Origin: a virus
Reading direction: 5' to 3' (one strand)
Virus record (IMG/VR): IMGVR_UViG_3300046092_000205
Coordinates: 12,496 to 76,495 of that record
DNA: 64,000 nucleotides
Position numbers and translations under genes: made by a program. The notes below the pieces were generated by a model. That model saw only the letters and a program-made list of their open reading frames with translations. It did not search any database and was not told the DNA's origin. Position 1 is the stretch's first letter. Each line of letters opens with the position of its first letter. Shown in pieces: positions 46,547 through 55,830 of this stretch.

Positions 46547-47178
46547 TGGCTAAATTTTCTATTGGAAATCTAAAAGAGCAACTTAAAAAGCAACTTAAAA
46601 ATACTCAAGTTGTTAAAAAAATTATTACATATTTAAATCCGCCCACTCAAAAAGTTTTTTCTCGATTAAAATCTGAAATGATTAGCGAGTTTCGCCAATT
46701 GAAAGTTGTAGAAGCTATCGAATATGGGCCTGGGTTTGGAGACAATGACTTTGCTGGAATTTTGGGCGGGTCAGGCGATTTGTTTTCTTTCTTGGGTTTT
46801 AAGCGCCGTCAAAAACCCATTAATGCCTTAATAGCATTATTTAAAAAAATGAAAATTCGACGCACAGTTTATTTGACATGGGTGGTAGATGATTTTCCCA
46901 CGATAGATAGTATTGAAGAAGTTACGAAAGACCAATTAGAATGGGCTAGCGGATATTCTTGGGCCACTGGATTAGAGGATGGAATTCCAGGTCTGGGCAG
47001 ATATGTAAATGCACCTTTCGCTTCTATGGATGTGGGCGAATCAAGATCGCATTATGGCTTGCAGAAGAAAAATGGGTCAAATGCATCAACCCAACCGATA
47101 AAATGGATAACCCCTTTTATAAGAGATTGGTTTGTTAAATTTGAAGCCGCAGGGTTTAAAATAGCCAAAGAAGTGTAG
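46546..47178 (+). CDS. probable neck/tail-completion protein
   Basis: GDLFSFLGF, SWATGLEDGIPGLG.Y, SRS..GLQ; position. Confidence 0.55.
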   Translation: MAKFSIGNLKEQLKKQLKNTQVVKKIITYLNPPTQKVFSRLKSEMISEFRQLKVVEAIEYGPGFGDNDFAGILGGSGDLFSFLGFKRRQKPINALIALFKKMKIRRTVYLTWVVDDFPTIDSIEEVTKDQLEWASGYSWATGLEDGIPGLGRYVNAPFASMDVGESRSHYGLQKKNGSNASTQPIKWITPFIRDWFVKFEAAGFKIAKEV

Positions 47179-47180
47179 GG

Positions 47181-47186
47181 GTGTAA
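47181..47186 (+). promoter_or_regulatory. GTGTAA putative late promoter
   Basis: 9 nt before ATG 47196. Confidence 0.65.
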
Positions 47187-47195
47187 ATCTTTAAT

Positions 47196-48047
47196 ATGGT
47201 TCCGCAATTTTCCCACGAAGTTCAGTCGTCATTCATTTTATGGTTTGACCATCATCTTCTTGATAAAGGGCAAGCTTTCACTAATAAAACAGGAAAATTT
47301 TATTACGCCGCTGATTCTTCTATTCCAACATATAAAAGTTTTTCTTCACCATACAAGCAATGGGTAGCCGATTCTTCAATATCTGGGGCTATAGTTCCTT
47401 CTGGCGTGTGGGTGAATAATAATTTTTCTGGCCGCTCAAATAATTTATTTTTAGATTATGATAACGGACGAGTTCTTGCTAGCGGCCTATCAACTTCCAC
47501 TCAACCAACAGGATCTTTTGCTCATAAAGAGTTTAATGTCTACGCTACGAATGATTCAGTAGAAGATTTAATTATTGAGAGAAAATATTTGCCAGCACCA
47601 AAAGTCGGCACAAATATTGCCGTTTCTGGCATTCCTCCGTATCAACCAATAGTTCCAGCAATTTTTATTGCAGCCCAAAATGTTGAAAATGCACCATTTG
47701 CCTTTGGTGGCATGGATACAACAGAGGTGAAATTAACTGCCACGATTTTCTGCGAGACAAACTATCAATTAGATGGAGTCCTAGGACTCTTTGCTGATAC
47801 AAGAGACAAAACAATTGCCCGTATTCCTTTCGCGAGCGCTCCTTTTAATGAATTTGGCGACCTTAAGACAGGATATTATAATTATAATAATCTATCTAGT
47901 CAGAGTCTTATTAGCGGATTGCCGCTCTTTATTGAAAGGGTTTCGACAGTTAAAATAACAGATCAATTACGGAAATCCGTGCAAAATGAAATGTTTATTG
48001 GCTTAATTAACTTTACCGTAAGCCAACAAAGATACCCAAGAGCTTAA
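47196..48047 (+). CDS. probable tail terminator/neck protein
   Basis: DYDNGRV, PAIFI, PFAFGG.D; precedes tail tube. Confidence 0.55.
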   Translation: MVPQFSHEVQSSFILWFDHHLLDKGQAFTNKTGKFYYAADSSIPTYKSFSSPYKQWVADSSISGAIVPSGVWVNNNFSGRSNNLFLDYDNGRVLASGLSTSTQPTGSFAHKEFNVYATNDSVEDLIIERKYLPAPKVGTNIAVSGIPPYQPIVPAIFIAAQNVENAPFAFGGMDTTEVKLTATIFCETNYQLDGVLGLFADTRDKTIARIPFASAPFNEFGDLKTGYYNYNNLSSQSLISGLPLFIERVSTVKITDQLRKSVQNEMFIGLINFTVSQQRYPRA

Positions 48048-48083
48048 ATTTTTGTGCAGTAAGCTAAATATACTAGCTCTTTA

Positions 48084-48089
48084 GTGTAA
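48084..48089 (+). promoter_or_regulatory. GTGTAA putative late promoter for tail tube
   Basis: 28 nt before ATG 48118. Confidence 0.6.
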
Positions 48090-48117
48090 AGACAATTAAC
48101 CCCTCTAATATACTAAA

Positions 48118-49251
48118 ATGGCCCGTAACAGAACTATTTACAACACTGAAGGCTTGATGGTAAGCCAAAACCTCCTATCTTCAGGCTCAACCACTCATGC
48201 CCAGCTAAAGCGAGTCCAGAGCGCTAACTATGGCTTTGAAATCGCCCGAACAGACGTTAATCAATTTGGCGAACTAGCCGCAATTGACCGTCTTGTTACC
48301 TCATCCCCAACAGTTAATCTTGATTTTTCTTATTATCTCGCTGATGGATATAATGAAAGAGCACTTGGATTCTTAGTTTCTAATTCGGGCGGCATTGGAG
48401 AAGGCAACTTCGCTTCTGGCGCAATCGTTGGAAATTCTGGTGTTAATTTCTATATCGTAACTGGCCCAGATGGAGAAGATCTTAATATCGCCAATCTCAG
48501 TGGCAAAGCTACTATTGGTATTGGTAATGCATTTATTTCCAATTATTCTGTATCTGCTGCCGTTGGAGATTTCCCAACTGTTTCTGTATCAGCAGAGGCT
48601 CTTAATATTAATGCTGCCACTTATATTTCTGGCGCGACTACTCCTACTGGAACAGTTTCACCAGCTATTGCTCCCGAAAGCGGTACGCCAATTAATACTA
48701 ATAACGTTATCAGACTTCCAGCGCCAACTGCTGGCAGTGGCCCAACAGCATTGAGAGGTGGCGATATTACCTTTTCATTTGGCGACTTTATAGGTACTGC
48801 CACTGGAAAAGCATCTTCGATTGCTGATCTCAACATGTCTACTAGCAACAGTATCAACATTCAGAGTTTTGAACTTTCTCTTCCTCTTTCCCGAAGCCCA
48901 ATTGAAAGACTTGGTTCTAAATTTGCATTTGCGCGAGTTACCGACTTCCCAATTACAGCAACGCTTTCTATCGAAGCTATTGTTAATGAAACTGTAGCTA
49001 GAAACCTTGCTTCTATGATTGACGATACAACTGAAAACGATGTATCGGTTACTATTCGCAAACCAGGAAGCACTGAAGTAGCTATGAAATACACTCTTAA
49101 AGGCGCTCGCCTTGATAGTGAAAGCTTCAGTTCTGACATCGGATCAAATAAGAGTGTGTCTTTGACCTTTAGCTCTCAGATTGGTGGGCCAAATGCAACT
49201 GCTCGCGGAGTGTTCGCTTCAGGCGCTTCAGTAGATACTATCTTCAGTTAA
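48118..49251 (+). CDS. major tail tube protein
   Basis: RVQSANYGFEIARTDVNQFGE and a second repeat IQSFELSLPLSRSPIERLGS; own promoter and terminator. Confidence 0.75.
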   Translation: MARNRTIYNTEGLMVSQNLLSSGSTTHAQLKRVQSANYGFEIARTDVNQFGELAAIDRLVTSSPTVNLDFSYYLADGYNERALGFLVSNSGGIGEGNFASGAIVGNSGVNFYIVTGPDGEDLNIANLSGKATIGIGNAFISNYSVSAAVGDFPTVSVSAEALNINAATYISGATTPTGTVSPAIAPESGTPINTNNVIRLPAPTAGSGPTALRGGDITFSFGDFIGTATGKASSIADLNMSTSNSINIQSFELSLPLSRSPIERLGSKFAFARVTDFPITATLSIEAIVNETVARNLASMIDDTTENDVSVTIRKPGSTEVAMKYTLKGARLDSESFSSDIGSNKSVSLTFSSQIGGPNATARGVFASGASVDTIFS

Positions 49252-49270
49252 TATACTAATTAATTACTTG

Positions 49271-49298
49271 AAACCCACCTGAAAAGGTGGGTTTTTTG
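49271..49298 (+). terminator. intrinsic terminator after tail tube
   Basis: AAACCCACCT-GAAA-AGGTGGGTTT followed by T run. Confidence 0.9.
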
Positions 49299-49396
49299 TT
49301 TTGTTTAGCGGACGCTTGAAATGCAACTCAAGTGTAAATATGATTACAGGGCGCATGACTTTCATTTGAATTGTCGCGCCAAAAAATAAAAAAATA

Positions 49397-49422
49397 GACC
49401 CGCCCTTTAATTGGGGCGGGTC
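49397..49422. terminator. GC-rich terminator hairpin, probably bidirectional
   Basis: GACCCGCCC-N8-GGGCGGGTC with A tract on left and T tract on right. Confidence 0.8.
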
Positions 49423-49440
49423 GCTAATTTTTAAGTTAAG

Positions 49441-49926
49441 TTATAACGAGTAATAAGACGCATACGCATACCCAGTAACCTGCATATCCAATCCGTTGAT
49501 ACTCTGAGGGCGTGCTCCATACATGCAATACTTATCCGCCGCTCTTTCTGCCGCGTTTGCAGCGTCTGTAGCCATGCCTCTAAAAGTCTTAGCAATCTCA
49601 CTGCGGTTAGCAAATTGAATCTTATTATCGCCATCAGAAACAGAAAGAATATTCTCTCCGTTTGCGCTAGAAATCACTCCTCTAGCAGCATTTCTTGCTT
49701 GCCGTTCATAGTAACCAGCAAGATACATTGACTGAAAAATAGCTCGCGCCTCCTCATCAATTTCTGGATCAGCACCTGAAAAACTTGTATTTATCAAGTT
49801 ATTTAAACTGCCAACACTAGCCGCAAACCACCCGCTAATTTGTGAAAACGTAGTGATTGTAGTATCAGAGTCGAACTCTGTAGTAAAAACGTCTCTGGCG
49901 AGTCCTGAGAATGTATTGTAGGGCAT
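49441..49926 (-). CDS. probable head-tail adaptor
   Basis: Downstream of capsid; GSLNNLINTSF, SVSDGDNKIQF; GTGTAA 8 nt upstream (49935-49940). Confidence 0.55.
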   Translation of the reverse strand: MPYNTFSGLARDVFTTEFDSDTTITTFSQISGWFAASVGSLNNLINTSFSGADPEIDEEARAIFQSMYLAGYYERQARNAARGVISSANGENILSVSDGDNKIQFANRSEIAKTFRGMATDAANAAERAADKYCMYGARPQSINGLDMQVTGYAYASYYSL

Positions 49927-49948
49927 GTATTAATTTACACCTCTACAA

Positions 49949-50320
49949 CTAATACGTCTTCATTCCCAATGATTTCATTAACGCCAAATGCTGTGGGTTA
50001 TTTTTATCAAATTGAGGAGTTGGCGCTCTTTTAGGAATATTTAATGCGTGTTGATGCGTTCCAGCATTACGCTCAAAAGAGCGAATAAGCGCCGCTTTAA
50101 TTTCTGTGGACGAAAGGTATTTATTAACGCCAACCTTAGCAGCCATATTTTGCAAATCTACAATTCCCATTGCTTCTAGATTTTCCTTGAATAAGCGAAT
50201 ATCAGTAGTGCCAAATGCATTTGTTTTTTTTGTGGCAAAAATAGCTTCTAATGAACGAAGTTCGTTCAAATCTTCAAGTTGGCCATTAGCGGTTTCCATA
50301 TTATCTAGTGGATCAGTCAT
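49949..50320 (-). CDS. hypothetical protein
   Basis: Start MTDPLD; FGT...F...L..M...DLQ.MA.KVG. Confidence 0.65.
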   Translation of the reverse strand: MTDPLDNMETANGQLEDLNELRSLEAIFATKKTNAFGTTDIRLFKENLEAMGIVDLQNMAAKVGVNKYLSSTEIKAALIRSFERNAGTHQHALNIPKRAPTPQFDKNNPQHLALMKSLGMKTY

Positions 50321-50356
50321 ATAGTTAATAATAAACAAAACGGCAGAAATAAACAC

Positions 50357-50386
50357 AAAAAAGCCCAAGGCTCGAAAGCCTTGGGC
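50357..50386 (-). terminator. intrinsic terminator after major capsid gene
   Basis: GCCCAAGGC-TTTCGA-GCCTTGGGC-TTTTTT on minus strand. Confidence 0.9.
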
Positions 50387-50403
50387 GAATTTGTTTAGTT
50401 AGT

Positions 50404-51552
50404 TTAGCAGATAAGACCAGTCAGCACACGGTTATCCAAGATGATGCGTCCTTCAGAAAGACCACCGAAGTAACCAATTTTCTTAGTGCGGCTAGAAGCA
50501 GTTTCGAACTGATTATCAACTTCGAAGACGAACTCAGAACCAACTTCTGCATCCACTTCCGCAAGGCGGATAAGGGAGTTAGCAGCGCGGGAGCGGTCAA
50601 TGCCGAGGATAAGTTCGGTTGCAGCACCATCGAAGGCAGCAGATCCAGTAGAACCATCAGCTTGTGAGTAGTTGGTGCTACCAGCGGCAACATCGAATAC
50701 GGTGTTGAAGCGTTGGTTAAGACCAAATTCATTGAACTCATGAATAGCTTGACCGTAGAAGGTTGTCACATCAGCGGCGCTGAAAAGAGCTTCACGAATG
50801 CTATCAGGAGCGGCAAGGCCGTCTTTGATTGCGCTAGTCTGAGGAGCGGCTTTGGTGTTGATTGGTTGGTAAGCCATTTCGCGTAGGCTGGCCATCTTCT
50901 CAGGGGAGAGGAAGAGGTCAGTTGTGCGGCCACGGGAGCCAACAGGAGTTCCACCCAGATAAGATGTATAAATTCTTTTGCTAAGAGTAATCAAAGCATT
51001 GAAGTCATCAGGCAAGAGGCGACCAGTGGAAGCAACGCGGAAAACGTGCTGTTTGCCGCTAGTTGAAGCTGCTGCAAGAGCGGCCATAATTGGACCAACA
51101 GACTTGTTTTCGACTTGGAACAGGATGCTCTGAAGAGCTTTGCTCATTGTGCGGCCAACGACATCGAGATTAGGCGATTTTGCAAGCATACGACGATCAA
51201 AGGAGAGAGCGGTATTAAGTTCGTAGGTGCGAACAAACATCTCAGAAATGACTGGCACAACTTCATTAGTTCCAAGACCACCAGCGGCAGTCGAACTGAA
51301 GACTTGAATGTATTCTTCATCGGTAACATCGTAGAACAGGTCAGTGCGAAGGCTTGGAGCCTCGTTGCTGTCATACGTAGTTGTCGTATAAAGATTTCCA
51401 AGAATCGGAGCCTGTTCAGCGGCGGCTGAAAGAACTGGACCCATATAGGCAGCAAAGATCTGCTGTGCTTCAGCGGCAACCGTTTTGTCGCGGCTGGCCA
51501 TAGCTTTCAGAAGCTCAATCTGCTCGTTAGTTTTTTCGAAGGTAATTTTCAT
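50404..51552 (-). CDS. major capsid protein
   Basis: 382 aa, follows scaffold and decoration genes, strong codon bias, C-terminal KIGYFG...EG.IILD. Confidence 0.8.
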   Translation of the reverse strand: MKITFEKTNEQIELLKAMASRDKTVAAEAQQIFAAYMGPVLSAAAEQAPILGNLYTTTTYDSNEAPSLRTDLFYDVTDEEYIQVFSSTAAGGLGTNEVVPVISEMFVRTYELNTALSFDRRMLAKSPNLDVVGRTMSKALQSILFQVENKSVGPIMAALAAASTSGKQHVFRVASTGRLLPDDFNALITLSKRIYTSYLGGTPVGSRGRTTDLFLSPEKMASLREMAYQPINTKAAPQTSAIKDGLAAPDSIREALFSAADVTTFYGQAIHEFNEFGLNQRFNTVFDVAAGSTNYSQADGSTGSAAFDGAATELILGIDRSRAANSLIRLAEVDAEVGSEFVFEVDNQFETASSRTKKIGYFGGLSEGRIILDNRVLTGLIC

Positions 51553-51588
51553 TTAGTAGAGTAAGTATTATTTGTTGAGCGTTGAGTA

Positions 51589-52206
51589 TTAGCCAATCTT
51601 GATTTGGAAGAAATTACCGCTGAAAAGATCAGGGGAGCTTGAACCATTGGAACCGCGAGAGCCAGAACCGAGAACTTGACCGAAGCGAGCAGCGTCAGTT
51701 GCAGTGCAACCAGTGAGCTTACCGCTAACGGTGGAAAGCTTTACGCCAGCACCAAGAGTGAGAACTCCGTCGATTGCAGTCTGGAAAAAGGTGAAAATAC
51801 CTTTTGTCGCGACAGGAACCGAGTCACCACGCATTGTAACTTGCATCTGCTCAGCTTTTTCTTGGCGATTAAGCATGAACTTCTGGCCGTTTTCATCAAA
51901 GTCAGCAGTTTGACGAAGAGTGATTCCAAGAGGAATATCGCCAGATGCAGCAGGACGAACCTTAAGGCTAGTTTTTGCATATTCGTTGAAACCCATGAAA
52001 GGGTAATCTTTCTTACCAAGGAAAGTATCAGCGGTATAGGTGATAGCATCCAAGTTAAGGTTGCCAGAGGCAATCGTCACGACGATTCCAGCGTCTCCGA
52101 AACCTGTTCCAGTGGACGAGTTGTTGATGTAGAGATCATCGAGAGCATAGTTATTAACTACATCCCAAGGATTGAGGGTTTGACTAGGTAGGATACGGCG
52201 TGCCAT
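51589..52206 (-). CDS. capsid decoration/cement protein
   Basis: PLGITL...DENG, VPVATKG; between scaffold and capsid. Confidence 0.7.
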   Translation of the reverse strand: MARRILPSQTLNPWDVVNNYALDDLYINNSSTGTGFGDAGIVVTIASGNLNLDAITYTADTFLGKKDYPFMGFNEYAKTSLKVRPAASGDIPLGITLRQTADFDENGQKFMLNRQEKAEQMQVTMRGDSVPVATKGIFTFFQTAIDGVLTLGAGVKLSTVSGKLTGCTATDAARFGQVLGSGSRGSNGSSSPDLFSGNFFQIKIG

Positions 52207-52229
52207 ATGTTTTTATTTAGTGGGGGAGA

Positions 52230-53789
52230 TTACTGAGAGATTTTGACTTTAAGTGCGGAACCAAAACGATCTGCGAGAGATTTTTCAGCGCCAGTATTTT
52301 CGTTATTATTGCTTACACTTTTTTCTTCGGTTGCTTCAGCCTTTTCAAGGGCTTCGTCAATAGCTTTGCCTTCTTCGCCAGCCTTAACGGTTGAAGCGGT
52401 AGAAAGTTCGGCGAGCTTCTTAGAAACTTCGGATTGAATTTTTTCGTCCAATTCTTTTTGGTAAGCGGCCTTAGCGATTTTGTTTTTGTGTTTCCAAAGT
52501 TTAGCCATTTTATCTTTGAAAGCAGCGAAGGCTTCGTCTTTGTCGTCTTCATCCTTGACTTCGATAGTCTTAAGCTCAGATGCTACAACGGCAGAATCTT
52601 CTTCATCCATTTCGTATTCATCCTGCATTGCGGCCATGCGCTCGTTATAACGAATCATGGTTTTGGCGGCGCGAGACTGTTCTTCCATCTCATACATCTT
52701 GCGTTCAGCAGCGGCCATCTTAGTGCTCATTTTTTCTACCTGAGCATAGAGTTCAGTTAGCTTAGATTCAGAAGCTTCGCGATCAGTGCGAGCCTTATCA
52801 CGCTCCATGATAAATTCATTGTTCGCTTCTTTAATCGCGGACTCAATAGTTTTACGAACAGAAGCAACAGCTTCCTCGTTTTGGTTTTCGGCCACAAGCT
52901 TTTTAACGCTCAGTGCCATTTCTTGGATAGTTTCTTCGATGTCCATGTTTTTTAGTAAAAGATTCGGGGTCTTGTCAATTATTACACATTTTTTTTCCTT
53001 CGGCGCAAAGAGAGAGATTTTAGCACTGGATTTTTGTTTTTTACCATCGTCCACTAACACACCAGAAACTTTTGCGGCTGGGCTTGATGTGTATGCAAAA
53101 GCCGTAGGCAAAACATCTGGCCCTAATACTTTTCTGTAAATTGGAGTCTTGCCGTCAGGAAGGAAACCTGTGCCACCATACTTCTTAAGATACTTTCTCA
53201 TCTCAGAAATTTGCTTTGCGTCCGAAATAATTTCGGCATCTTTTAGATACCTACTTCCCAATACAAGATGAAAATCTCTAAATGAAATCTCCCACGAAGT
53301 ACTAATTTTTTGGTAAAATTTATCTTTTGGATCAGCAGCTTTAATTAGCAATTCGGCGAACTCTTTATACAGATGTCTGTAAACAACAGATCCAAGAGCC
53401 ACATTAAAAACCTCATCACTATTCTTTACGTCAGCGGCAGAAATAATTCTTGTATCGTCTTCAAAAGTTGAGAACGCTGACTTTACAATATGGCCAACAA
53501 TTTTCGGGCCTCTATGTTCAAGGTTAATGGGTTTATGCCTGAATAAATCAATAATTTGAACAGCAGTTTCAGAGTCTATAGAGTCGCCGTTTTTATTTAC
53601 ATAGTTAATATTGCAGCCATTGAAAGATGTGGCTAGTAAATCAACATTGCGCGACAAATCAATTTCATCAGAGGGCAATAGATCTCTTAACCCTTCTAAG
53701 GAAGCCGTAGAAAGCTCAGAATCCTTCCATGAGCTTGCCTTCAAGATGGGAATATCTTTAAAAAAAGATTTATGCAGAAGAAGCGGCAT
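52230..53789 (-). CDS. prohead protease-scaffold fusion
   Basis: NKNGD, KPINLEH...IVGHI, STSWE, YTSSPAA protease-like N-half; coiled-coil acidic C-half; GTGTAA 8 nt upstream (53798-53803). Confidence 0.75.
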   Translation of the reverse strand: MPLLLHKSFFKDIPILKASSWKDSELSTASLEGLRDLLPSDEIDLSRNVDLLATSFNGCNINYVNKNGDSIDSETAVQIIDLFRHKPINLEHRGPKIVGHIVKSAFSTFEDDTRIISAADVKNSDEVFNVALGSVVYRHLYKEFAELLIKAADPKDKFYQKISTSWEISFRDFHLVLGSRYLKDAEIISDAKQISEMRKYLKKYGGTGFLPDGKTPIYRKVLGPDVLPTAFAYTSSPAAKVSGVLVDDGKKQKSSAKISLFAPKEKKCVIIDKTPNLLLKNMDIEETIQEMALSVKKLVAENQNEEAVASVRKTIESAIKEANNEFIMERDKARTDREASESKLTELYAQVEKMSTKMAAAERKMYEMEEQSRAAKTMIRYNERMAAMQDEYEMDEEDSAVVASELKTIEVKDEDDKDEAFAAFKDKMAKLWKHKNKIAKAAYQKELDEKIQSEVSKKLAELSTASTVKAGEEGKAIDEALEKAEATEEKSVSNNNENTGAEKSLADRFGSALKVKISQ

Positions 53790-53822
53790 CAGGTAATTTA
53801 CACAGAAGGAAAAAAGTATTAT

Positions 53823-55784
53823 TTAACGCGCTGCCCAAATATACAGAGCCGCCGCATAGTCATCTAGGCCAGATTCAGCAGCGAGAACTTGAATCTCCTC
53901 AGATGGAACTAAATCAATAATTTTAGCTGGTGTTTCAACGCATTCTAGCGCGCGATTATTCCATGAAACTGGCTCAGAAGATGCCACAACCTTCTCAGTT
54001 AATTCACGGGCCAAAATCTTTTGTTCAGCAGTTAATTCCAAGTTGGTTTTTTGTTTGATTTGATCTAGAATAAAACACTCCAAATCATTTGCCGCCAAAG
54101 TAATCTCTTTAATTGATTCAAGAGAAACGGACGCAATAGAACCACTTGGTCTTCCAGCGGGAGTCATCACTTTGCTCTTCTCGCTCATAGGCGCGGCGCT
54201 TTTATTTGGATCAATTGGTGTGCTAACAATAGGCACGGGAGAAAGCGGCATCCATTTGTTGCCTTTTCGATCTTTAATATATTGATCTTGCTCAAGACCA
54301 ATTTCATCATCATCTGGAAACTCACCGCGTTTAAATACCCGCATAAGCTCTTGTGGCGTAAGAATGCCAAGTTCAGCTAAACGGTTTGCTATGCGCATTA
54401 ATTCTGTATTATCTTGCAAAGAGATGTCAGTAAACATCGCTACGGGCGTTTGCCTGAACCCCATAATCTTGGATACTCGTTTAATTTCTGATTGTAAAAA
54501 TTCCAAAAAGGAATTGCGAGCTTCACGAAGCTTATCAAGAAATACATTGATTTTAGCTGTAGTATTTCCGTATTTTTCTTCACCCACAATAATATTCTGC
54601 AAGCCTTCGCGAATATCTTGATTTAGAATTGTATATTTTTCTGGGCCAAGAACCTTTTTTAAGTCGGGCAAAATAAAATCAGCACTAGTTGTGTAGTCGG
54701 CCACAAGAGTTCGACCAGTTGTTCCATTTAAAAATAACTTTCTCAATGACTCAATATTTTGCTGATTAATTCCGCCGCCATATTGATCTTTTTTCTCGCC
54801 AGTCTTAATCAAAAGAATAACGTTTTCAACCGTTCGCATAATCGCTTGGTCAGCACGTTTCATTTCAATCTTAGCGTTAATATCTTCTAAAACTTGCCAT
54901 CCAAAAGGAATAGCGAAAGGTTCATAATGCTGTTTCTTAGCGAAAGACGAATGGATTTTTAGCGGATCAAGCTTAATTCTAATGCCTTCACTCGGCGCGA
55001 TTCCTGATTTAATTTGTTTTTTCAAATCCTCTGGAAGGGCATCAAATAATTCTTTATCATCATCAGTAATTGGATTTTTTAACCGCGCAAGTTCTGATTT
55101 TGACAATACTTTTTCATAAGCATTCTCGTAGAATGAAGAAACATTGTTAGCCACCATATCGGATGGATTAAGCAGAATGTATCTTAATGGAATAACATCG
55201 CTCGATACCCCATCTTCTTCTGCGTAAACCGTTGAAAGGCGCATAAAGTCTTCGACTGAAAACTTTCCATCAACACGATATAAAAAGATATTACTAGAGC
55301 GAAAATACTCTAAAAAGTAATTCTTTTTTAAATCCCAAAGATTAATCTTGCGGAACCAGCGAGCGAAGAAGTCGCGAGAAGCTTTATTTCCATACTTTAG
55401 ATAAACATCCGTGTTAGAAAACTCACTCATCAAGTCCACAGCATTCTTATAGCTCGCTACATTAGCGTATGTCTTTTGAGTAAGCTCAATAGCGTCTCGC
55501 ATATCCACACCCCAATTATTGTATGAATACGGCATAGTCATTTGCCGTAACTGGGAATATTTATCTACTGATGGAACAATAGCTGAGCGATTAATTCTGC
55601 CGCCATAAGTTTCGGAAGCTGAACGAGTCGATGCTTTGGCCATTTCCGATCCTAAAACAACAAAAGGGTCGCCAAAACTCTCTGGCTCGAAAGTCGAAGC
55701 GGTAGAAGTTTCTTGACTTTGGGACTTTGGTTGAGATACTTTCGACCAATAAGATTCATCTCGCTTTGTATAACTTCTTGCCAT
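53823..55784 (-). CDS. portal protein
   Basis: Between terminase and protease; NAVDLMSEF, ILLNP, KQHYEPFAIP, ILLIKTG, LVADYTT; GTGTAA 9 nt upstream (55794-55799). Confidence 0.8.
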   Translation of the reverse strand: MARSYTKRDESYWSKVSQPKSQSQETSTASTFEPESFGDPFVVLGSEMAKASTRSASETYGGRINRSAIVPSVDKYSQLRQMTMPYSYNNWGVDMRDAIELTQKTYANVASYKNAVDLMSEFSNTDVYLKYGNKASRDFFARWFRKINLWDLKKNYFLEYFRSSNIFLYRVDGKFSVEDFMRLSTVYAEEDGVSSDVIPLRYILLNPSDMVANNVSSFYENAYEKVLSKSELARLKNPITDDDKELFDALPEDLKKQIKSGIAPSEGIRIKLDPLKIHSSFAKKQHYEPFAIPFGWQVLEDINAKIEMKRADQAIMRTVENVILLIKTGEKKDQYGGGINQQNIESLRKLFLNGTTGRTLVADYTTSADFILPDLKKVLGPEKYTILNQDIREGLQNIIVGEEKYGNTTAKINVFLDKLREARNSFLEFLQSEIKRVSKIMGFRQTPVAMFTDISLQDNTELMRIANRLAELGILTPQELMRVFKRGEFPDDDEIGLEQDQYIKDRKGNKWMPLSPVPIVSTPIDPNKSAAPMSEKSKVMTPAGRPSGSIASVSLESIKEITLAANDLECFILDQIKQKTNLELTAEQKILARELTEKVVASSEPVSWNNRALECVETPAKIIDLVPSEEIQVLAAESGLDDYAAALYIWAAR

Positions 55785-55830
55785 ATAAAGATATTACACA
55801 AAGTTGGCAAAAGTTACTTATTGTCGGCTT

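Noticed and set aside
50421-53139. Several overlapping or antisense ORFs across the capsid, decoration and scaffold genes (e.g. 51676-52191 +)
   Set aside because: Expected shadow of strong codon bias in highly expressed genes; no start signals or recognisable motifs
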